Shown: positions 1-8,300 of the stretch, piece by piece | Layout: the number at the start of each line of letters is the position of its first letter | How positions within the stretch are numbered: position 1 is the first letter of the stretch | Source of the DNA: an uncultured virus (IMG/VR IMGVR_UViG_3300044630_004883) | Taxonomy: Duplodnaviria; Heunggongvirae; Uroviricota; Caudoviricetes | IMG/VR virus record: IMGVR_UViG_3300044630_004883 | Reading direction: 5' to 3' (one strand) | DNA length: 20,000 bases | Notes under the pieces: generated by a model | Seen by the model: only the letters and a program-made list of their open reading frames with translations | The model's database searches: none | Told to the model about the DNA's origin: nothing | Position numbers and translations under genes: made by a program

Positions 1-840
1 TCAGGTGTTAATGCTGCTCTCGGAATATTAAATAAACCAGCACCACTACCACTAAAAATTGAACCACTATTTATAGAAATACCACCACTTACAAATAATG
101 AACCTGTAAATTGTGAACCGCTTTCGATTGAAGTTACAACAAATCCAGACTTAGGGTCAACCGATGCGGTTACACTTCCACTACTAATTAATGGTGATAC
201 AAGTGCATCAGGCGTTAAAGCTGCTCTCGGAATATTAAATAAACCAGCACCACTACCACTAAACATTGATGCAGTTACATTACCATCTACATATACCGAT
301 GAGCTAAACTCTGCTCTATTGGTACCCTCTAATCTAAATCCATAATTTGGATTAACCGATGCCGTTACACTTCCACTACCAATTAATGGAGAAACCAATG
401 CATCCGGTGTTAATGCTGCCCTTGGAATATCGAATAAACCAGCACCACTACCAGTAAACATCGATGCGGTTACATTACCAGCTACAAATAGTGAAGAACT
501 AAATTCTGCTCTATTGGTACCTTCTAATCGAAACCCATAATTTGGATTAACCGATGCGGTGACCGAACCTGATGTAATAAATGCCGACAGAAGAGCGTCA
601 GGCGTTAAAGCTGCCCTCGGAATATCAAATAAGTTAGCACCACTACCACTAAATGATGAACCACTAACAATTTCTATGTTTCCACTCACAAAAAGTGAAG
701 AACTGAACTCTGCTCTTGTAGTTCCTTCTAATCTAAACCCATAAGATTCATTAACGGATGCCGTAACAGCCCCATCAACGATTCTTGGTGATTCTGCTGC
801 CGCAGGAAGGTTAAATAACTTACTACCATCACCCTCAAAG
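1..840 (-). repeat. Coding tandem repeat of ~195-207 bp (65-69 aa), at least 4 copies
   Basis: The block gctgc(t/c)ct(c/t)ggaatat.. starts at 13, 220, 415 and 610 (spacings 207, 195, 195). It encodes SGSGAGLF(N/D)IPRAALTPDAL..GSVTASVNPNYGFRLEGTNRAEFSSS. A degenerate copy (GDGSKLFNLPAAA) lies near 800-835. Confidence 0.92.
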
Positions 841-1457
841 AAGGATGCTGAAGCTGTATTTGATATGTAAACGTTATTACTGAATCTACCCTCACCATTT
901 ACATCAAATGAACCTGTAACTGATACAGAACCAGTGAATTCTTGTAAATCTACTAATGAATTTCCAAATCGGTTTGACCCAGATGAAAAAATAATTGAAG
1001 ATGATATGATTTGAACCAATATTTCTCTTGCAACTATCCTATTATTAACATATAAGTCACCAGTAACCCTAACATCACCATTTATATCCATATCACCATC
1101 AAAAGATGATGATACATTTACTAAAAATCCGGTTTGTGGTGAAATTGATGCCGATGCTGAACCAGAAATTAATCTAGAAGCATCTTTTACTAAGGGTAAA
1201 TTGGTTAATCGTGAACCATCTCCTTGAAATGAACCACTAAATGAACCACTATACTCAGGAAATTGTAATTTTGTTACAAATAAACGATTACCAAACTCAT
1301 CAGATGCTAATAAAGCAACTGAACCGCTCGATAAACTACCACTAATAGGTACCCCTAAATTAGGTTCTGCTTCATTCAGTTGAAGAAACTCATATCTATC
1401 TTCAGAAACATTCTGAGGAAGCGTTACTTTTACCTTACCACTTAATAATTGACTCAT
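1..1457 (-). CDS. Putative phage tail fibre/structural protein, N-terminal 485 aa (runs off the window; absent from the ORF track)
   Basis: Hand translation from the ATG at 1457 gives MSQLLSGKVKVTLPQNVSEDRYEFLQLNEAEPNLGVP...SGSFSGSFQGDGSRLTNLP...FSGSGAGLFNIPRAALTP, open to position 1. It is Ser/Gly-rich with F-x-G-D/S-G-S/A-x-L-x-N-L/I-P motifs typical of phage fibres, and starts 22 nt after the upstream stop. Confidence 0.85.
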   Translation of the reverse strand, partial: MSQLLSGKVKVTLPQNVSEDRYEFLQLNEAEPNLGVPISGSLSSGSVALLASDEFGNRLFVTKLQFPEYSGSFSGSFQGDGSRLTNLPLVKDASRLISGSASASISPQTGFLVNVSSSFDGDMDINGDVRVTGDLYVNNRIVAREILVQIISSSIIFSSGSNRFGNSLVDLQEFTGSVSVTGSFDVNGEGRFSNNVYISNTASASFFEGDGSKLFNLPAAAESPRIVDGAVTASVNESYGFRLEGTTRAEFSSSLFVSGNIEIVSGSSFSGSGANLFDIPRAALTPDALLSAFITSGSVTASVNPNYGFRLEGTNRAEFSSSLFVAGNVTASMFTGSGAGLFDIPRAALTPDALVSPLIGSGSVTASVNPNYGFRLEGTNRAEFSSSVYVDGNVTASMFSGSGAGLFNIPRAALTPDALVSPLISSGSVTASVDPKSGFVVTSIESGSQFTGSLFVSGGISINSGSIFSGSGAGLFNIPRAALTP

Positions 1458-1479
1458 TTATGTTTTTTCAACTTAATTA

Positions 1480-2340
1480 TTACTCATTTGCACTTTCAAG
1501 AAGTGATAAAACTATTTTCAAATCGGTAGAACCTGAGAATAGTAATCCAAACTCTTGCTCTAATACTAATTTACCAGCCACTACGGGTGAAAATGAATCA
1601 CTTTTTGGGATAGGATAGTTCCTTACTAACTCTACCGCCTCTTGCGTTTCTCTCACCGGGTCATAAATAGTATCCGATATAACAGTAAATAGTTGAGAAA
1701 TAATTTCTTGTGACCCAGTTTCTGCAATTAAACCATAATTGAATGATTGGGTGAAAATTGTTTGATAAATTCTATCCACATTAACCGAACCAGTGATGGA
1801 TTGGTTAATTAAAATTTGTTTTACTAATGTATCTGTATAATTAATTGCTTCGTAAGATGCCGTTACCTGTCCAGTTGGAACTAACGTTTCACCATTTTTA
1901 TTATAAAATGATAAAGCTGCTTTATTTGTTCGGATAGTACCCCCATTTTGAATATCATAAACTACCGCATTTACTGCAGTATCCACATATGCTTCATATC
2001 TAGATTGTGAAAATCCAAATGGAACTTCTGCTAAGTTATTATTGAAGTTAGTATAAGCTGCTACTTCTTTTTTCAAAAATGTTAAATTTTGTTCTAAAAG
2101 CGCTGATGCGCTATACATACTTCCGGTGTTGATAATTCCAGCAACTTGTGGTACTGGTATTTCTCTATTCGAAGCTAATTTAATTGTTACTTCTTCAGTT
2201 TGATTACCATTATTGGTAACTTGAGTCGATAGTATAATAGTAGATACACCACTCGGAGTGGTGTATACTTGGTCTTCTTCACCGGTTAGTGTCGTTACTA
2301 CCGATTTGAATGCGTTAAGTGGTACAAATACGTCTGCCAT
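1480..2340 (-). CDS. Putative virion structural protein (286 aa): small beta domain interrupted by one degenerate helical repeat unit
   Basis: The N-terminus (PLNAFKSVVTTL...VYTTPSGVSTIILSTQVTN) and C-terminus (GKLVLEQ...LKIVLSLLESANE) look like a short beta protein I recall from T4-like aquatic phages. The middle aligns by eye with the giant protein's repeat (NLTFLKKEVAAY...AVVYDIQNGG). Confidence 0.8.
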   Translation of the reverse strand: MADVFVPLNAFKSVVTTLTGEEDQVYTTPSGVSTIILSTQVTNNGNQTEEVTIKLASNREIPVPQVAGIINTGSMYSASALLEQNLTFLKKEVAAYTNFNNNLAEVPFGFSQSRYEAYVDTAVNAVVYDIQNGGTIRTNKAALSFYNKNGETLVPTGQVTASYEAINYTDTLVKQILINQSITGSVNVDRIYQTIFTQSFNYGLIAETGSQEIISQLFTVISDTIYDPVRETQEAVELVRNYPIPKSDSFSPVVAGKLVLEQEFGLLFSGSTDLKIVLSLLESANE

Positions 2341-2350
2341 AATTTTATTT

Positions 2351-5300
2351 TTATCCTTCTAATGCTAATGAGAATGGTGTTACTAATGAGAACAATGAAC
2401 GAGAGAATGTTCTACCTTGCAATGTTCCGGTTGCTTGATTAATTATAAGCCCCGTACCAATTTTAAAGTCACCAAGCTCGTTACCAGATGTAAAGTAAAC
2501 TCTACCTCCAGCCAATTCGGTAATTTCTTTCGTTGGGTCAGCAACTCCAGCTCCACCCTGGTTAAAAGGTAATGCCTTATAAGTTACTCCAGCTCCAGAA
2601 TAAGAAAAGTCATGTCCAGTAGTAATTATCAAAGAACCAAATTCTTCAACAGGAGCATTTCTCACTATTCTTTGGAATTGTGTTCTTAAATATCTATTAG
2701 TTTCAGCTGTTTCTTTCTTTTGTTCGTTTACAACTACTGCTGCTGAACCATATACCCCAGTATAATATGATGATGCTGCTCTAACACTTCTTAGATTTCC
2801 ACCATATAATAAATCCGTTGCTATTGCATCTACAATAAATCCAGTATCTCTATAACACTTTTCTTCATTATAAACAAAGTTAGGAAATGCTCCAGCGGTA
2901 TATGATATTGCGATTGATTGTAATGTTTTTTTACTTCCCCTTAATAAATCAACCGATAATTTTGTTTGGAATGATGGTCTTACTAATTGTTCTTTCAAAA
3001 TTACCTTTTCAGCCATTCCCTTAGCAAAATCAATACCATCAATTGTTTGTGGTTTTTGTTTAGTTGTTGCTTCCGATGGAATATAGTAATAAAACGTTCC
3101 AGCCTTAATACTTCTTTCATTTCCACCATAAACTAAATCCGTTCTAGCTGCATCTATAATATACCCAATATCACGAGAACAACTTGCTTCATTATAATAA
3201 AATTCACTCCAAGATGATGAAAGATATTGAATTACTTCAGTTTGGATGAATCTTTTATTTCCAATTAATAAATCAGCACCTACTAATACTGAAGCCGATG
3301 GTTGTACAAATTCTACATTTTGAATTACTTTTTGTGATAATCCACTTGCGTATATTATACCATCAACAGTTGGGTCCAATTGAGAAGTTGTTGAAGGAAC
3401 TCCATTTTGAGTAGCCGCAGATGGGAATAGATAATAGAATGAACCAGCGGTTACACTTCTCTCATTTCCACCATAATAAAGGTCAGTTGCAGCTGCATCA
3501 ATTAAATAACCAACATCTCTCTTACACTTATCTTCATTATAATAAACACCACTCCAAGAAGATGATACATAAGCGATTACCTCATTTTGGATAAACTCCT
3601 TATTATCTCTTAATAAATGCCAAGATGCAGATACTTCGTTTGAAGCAGTTACGAATTGAATATTTTGTGCTATTTTATTACTTAAACTAGCTGCGTATTT
3701 GATTCCATCTAATGTTTGATATAGTTGTGAACCAGTTGCCGCTGATGGGTATTCAAAATAGTATTTAGCATTTACTACTGATGCTGATACTGAACCAAAT
3801 AGTAAATCTTCAATTGCCCCACTTACAATTAATCCCACATCTCTACTACAACTAGCTTCATTGTATGCGAATCCACTCCAAGAAGAACTAATATATGCAA
3901 TTACCTCATTTTGGATAAATGGTATATTTGATTTTATTAATGAATATGCTTGTAAAGTTCCAGAATCTATTAACGATGCAGTATATTGAGAAATGGCTGG
4001 GAGTGAACCCGTTCCATTTGTTATAGTATTCATTACTAATCCAAATGATGAACTTAATGCGTTTAATACATTAATATTAGATGTACCTGCTCCACTTATT
4101 TGATTACTATTAGTAAATTTAATATTATTATTAGTATTTGAAGTTACAGTTGGTACTTGTAATATATTATTTTGAATTAATTTGTTTATAATTGTTTTAA
4201 CATATGATATTGCTTCAGTAGTTTCATTTAACTGAATAGTTGTAGCTTCAGATGGATATCTATAATAGTAATCAGCTGCTACAATACTTCTTTCGTTACC
4301 ACCCCATAGTAAATCGGTTGCTATTGCATCTACAATGTAACCAACATCTCTTCTACACTTAGTTCTATTGTAAGTAAAGTATGGATATACTGAATCTATA
4401 TAATAAATTACGTTTGTTTGTATTAATCCTTTATTATCTAATATTACATCATAATTTGCAATAGTTTCAGCACTTGCGGTTACTAATAAAGTATTTCTAA
4501 CTATTTTATCAGCCAAACCAAATGCATGATTTACACCGGTGATTGTTTGGTCGGATTGAACCGAAGTAGCTTGTGATGGATATAAGTAATAAAACTCACC
4601 AGCAGTTACACTTCTTTCATTTCCACCATATAATACATCGGTTGCTACTGCATCTACAATATATCCTACATCTCTCTTACATTTAGATTCAATATATTCA
4701 AATCCACTCCAAGAAGAACTCATAAATGAAATTACTTCGTTTTGGATTAATAATTTGTTATCTAATAATAAGTCATATGTAGTTTGTCTTTCTAATGAAG
4801 CAGTTACTAATGTTATATTATTAATTATTTTGTTAGTCAATCTTTGTGCGTATGTTACACCATCAACCGTTGGGTATAATTGAGCATCAACGCTTGGGGA
4901 TGAACTTCCACTAACAGTTGCTGCTGATGGGAATAGGTAATAGAATGTTCCAGCGGTAATACTTCTTTCATTTCCACCATAGTAGAAATCAGTTGCTACT
5001 GCATCTAAGATATATCCAACATCTCTACTACAACTTGCTTCGTTATATTGAAAATTACTCCAAGATGAAGAAATATATGAAATTACTTCATTTTGAATTA
5101 ATGGTTTGTTATCGATTATTAAATTTGTTACACCAATGGTTTGTAATGAAGCAGTTACAAAGATATTATTTTGTAATAACTGATTTACCATTCCTTTAGC
5201 GTAATTAATACCACTTAAAGTTGAATCTAATTGATTATTTTCAGATGGAACACCACCATTTGTTGCTCTTGATGGGAATAGATAATAGAATTCACCAGCT

Positions 5301-8300
5301 ACTGAACTACGTTCATTTCCACCATATAAGGTATCAGTTGCTACTGCATCTAAAATATATCCAATATCACGAGAACAACTTATATCATTGTATAATACAC
5401 CACTCCAAGAAGATGATACATAAGAAACAACTTCCGATTGAATTAATGATTTATTTTCAACGATTAAATCATATGCGTTTGTTCTACTATCAGGTGCTAA
5501 TGCAAATTGATTATTTACAACAATATTTTGAACTAATCGTCTAGCATAATTAATACCATCCAATGTTGGGTATAATTGTGCTGCGGTTGTTGGAGATACA
5601 CTACCACTAACAGTTGCAGATGATGGATATTTGTAATAGAATTCACCAGCGGTGTTACTTCTTTCATTTCCACCATATAATAAATCCGTAGAAACTGCAT
5701 CAATTATATGTCCGATATCTCTTCTACATAATGATTCGTTATAATCGAATGTACTCCAAGAAGATGATAAGTAAGCGATAGTTTCACTCTTAACAAATTC
5801 TCTATTTTTTCTAATCAAATTATAAGATGCCGAAACCTCCATTGATGCGGTTTCAAAAATTATATTTTGAATTAATTTTTGTGTTAATTTACTTGCGTAC
5901 TCAATACCATCTAATGTTTGGTTTATTTGAGTAGTTTCTGCTGCCGATGGGTATTCTAAATAATACTTACCATTCACAATTGATGATGAAATAGTATTAT
6001 ATAATAAATCCTCAGCTGCTCCACTTACAATCAATCCAATATCTCTACTACAACTTGCTTCATTATATGAAGCCGTACTCCAAGAAGAAGATAAGTAAGA
6101 TAAAGTTTCTATTTGAATAAATGGAATATTTTGCTTAATAATTTGATAAGCTGCTAATGTAGATGGTTGGGTTGAGGCCGCTCCATATAAACTAGCCGTA
6201 ATATACGAACCACTGCCATTTGTAATGATTGTAGAAACGATTGATATCGAATTGGATACAAAGGTTACATCTTCTAAACTAGCGCTTAAAGAGGCTGTAA
6301 ATTGCTCTGTGCTACTAAACTTAGTTAATCCATTTATATTACTAATTTCAACCGGAATTGAACCAGTACCATTTTTAATAATATTAATTATATTAGCAAA
6401 AGATGAACTTACGTTGTTAACCTGAGTTATACTTCCAGATTGTAATCCAATTATTTGAGGTACCGAAGTTACTTTAATTAAATCGTTAGTATTTTCAATT
6501 AATGCTGGAACTGAGCCCGTACCATTTGTTACTATATTAGTTACAATATTAAATGATGAACTTATAGTATTTCTTAATGCCGATGATACCGCAAATGATG
6601 ATGTATATTGTGATAGTTCACGTTTCTTAATTAATCCACTTACATTTGTAATTGTAGTTGGTAAATTACTCACACCATTAAATAAAATATCAATTGTAGT
6701 TGCGAATGATGAACTTACTGATAATGATTCTGATATAGAAGCAGTATATATTGATTGAATTTGTGGTATGTTAGTAACTTTAATATTATTAATAGTATTT
6801 GCTACAACCTCAAAATCACCCAATGATGGTATTTCAATATATCTTTGCGTATCTGAAATTGGTAACTCATCAACAATATTAATAATTCCACTTGCTTCAA
6901 TATCTTTACCATTTACATAGTATAAAGTATCAGGTGCATCGAATGGTACAATAAATGTTAAAGTTCCAAAGGTAACACCATTATTAGTTACACCTTTTGT
7001 ATATTGATTTCTAAGACCTGGTTTTATATCAGTTTTAATATAAAATGGTCTAAAATCTAATTCAGTTGCATTTACAATATTTAGTGAATTTACAGAGAAT
7101 GTATAAAGTTCACCTCTCTTTAATGTTAAAGTAGGGTCTATACTACCATCTTCGATAGATGCAGTTAATACGTTATCAAATTTATTTAATTGATTTTCAT
7201 TAAATAAATAATTTGCAGATTCAAATGCAATTACTTCATAATAAGTTGAGTATTCAGATGAACCACTTAAACTCAAACTTCCACTAATACCATATTTGAT
7301 AATATCAGTTACAATTGAAAATGATGATGATACTTTTTGTATTTCAGTAGCACTAGCAGATATAGATGATGTGATTTGTAAGCCATTACCAAATTTAATA
7401 CCAGCTGCAGTATTTTTAACCAATTGAATTTCAGCAGGAATAGTTGTTCCAATAACAGTTGTTATTAAATTACTTCCATATGAATTTTTAGGAATACCAA
7501 CCGTTGAAATCGGAGCCCCATTTCTATCAGTTCCAATTGTTTGTTCGGTTGTAACTGAACTACCACTTTCAATTATTTTAATAATTGTATTAACGTTGTT
7601 AGAAATACTTTGAGTATTTGCGTTTGCTAACGTTGATTGAATTTGTGTTATACCACTAACATTTATTGGATTATTTATATTCCAAATATAATCGTTTGAA
7701 TTACCAACTATTGCCGATGGTATATAATCAGTTCCATATCTAATAATATCCTCAATAATACCAAATGATTGTGATACTAATGTAACTTCAGTATTACTTG
7801 CAGATATAGATGATGTTACCGAATTAAATGCCGTAACTTTTATGTTACTATCAATATTTAATCCAATTTTTGGAGTTGGTAATATTTCTGATATTAAAAT
7901 TTTATCGGTTAACGCATTTACATATTGAAGTGCATTTATTGTTTCAGTTAATTGAGTAGTATTTGCTACTGATGGAAATAAGAAATAATATAATCCAGCA
8001 GTTTCAGTTCTTTCATTACCACCATACAATAAATCAGTTGTAATATTATCAACAATGTATCCAACATCTCTTCTACATTTAGCTTGGTTATAATCTAAAT
8101 TAGGATATTGAGTATTGATATATGTAATAGTTTCAGTTTGAATTAAACTACGATTTTTTCTCATTAAATCAACAGCCCCAATTACAGAATTAGATGCCGT
8201 TACAAATGTATCGTTGTTTAATAATTTTTCAGTTAATCGTTTAGCATATCTAATAGCATCTAATGTTTGATTTAACTGAGTAGTTGTTGCCTCCGATGGA

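Noticed and set aside
1..840. Regularly spaced DNA repeats as a possible CRISPR array
   Set aside because: The period is 195-207 bp, in frame, with synonymous variation and similar rather than unique intervening sequence. These are protein-coding repeats.
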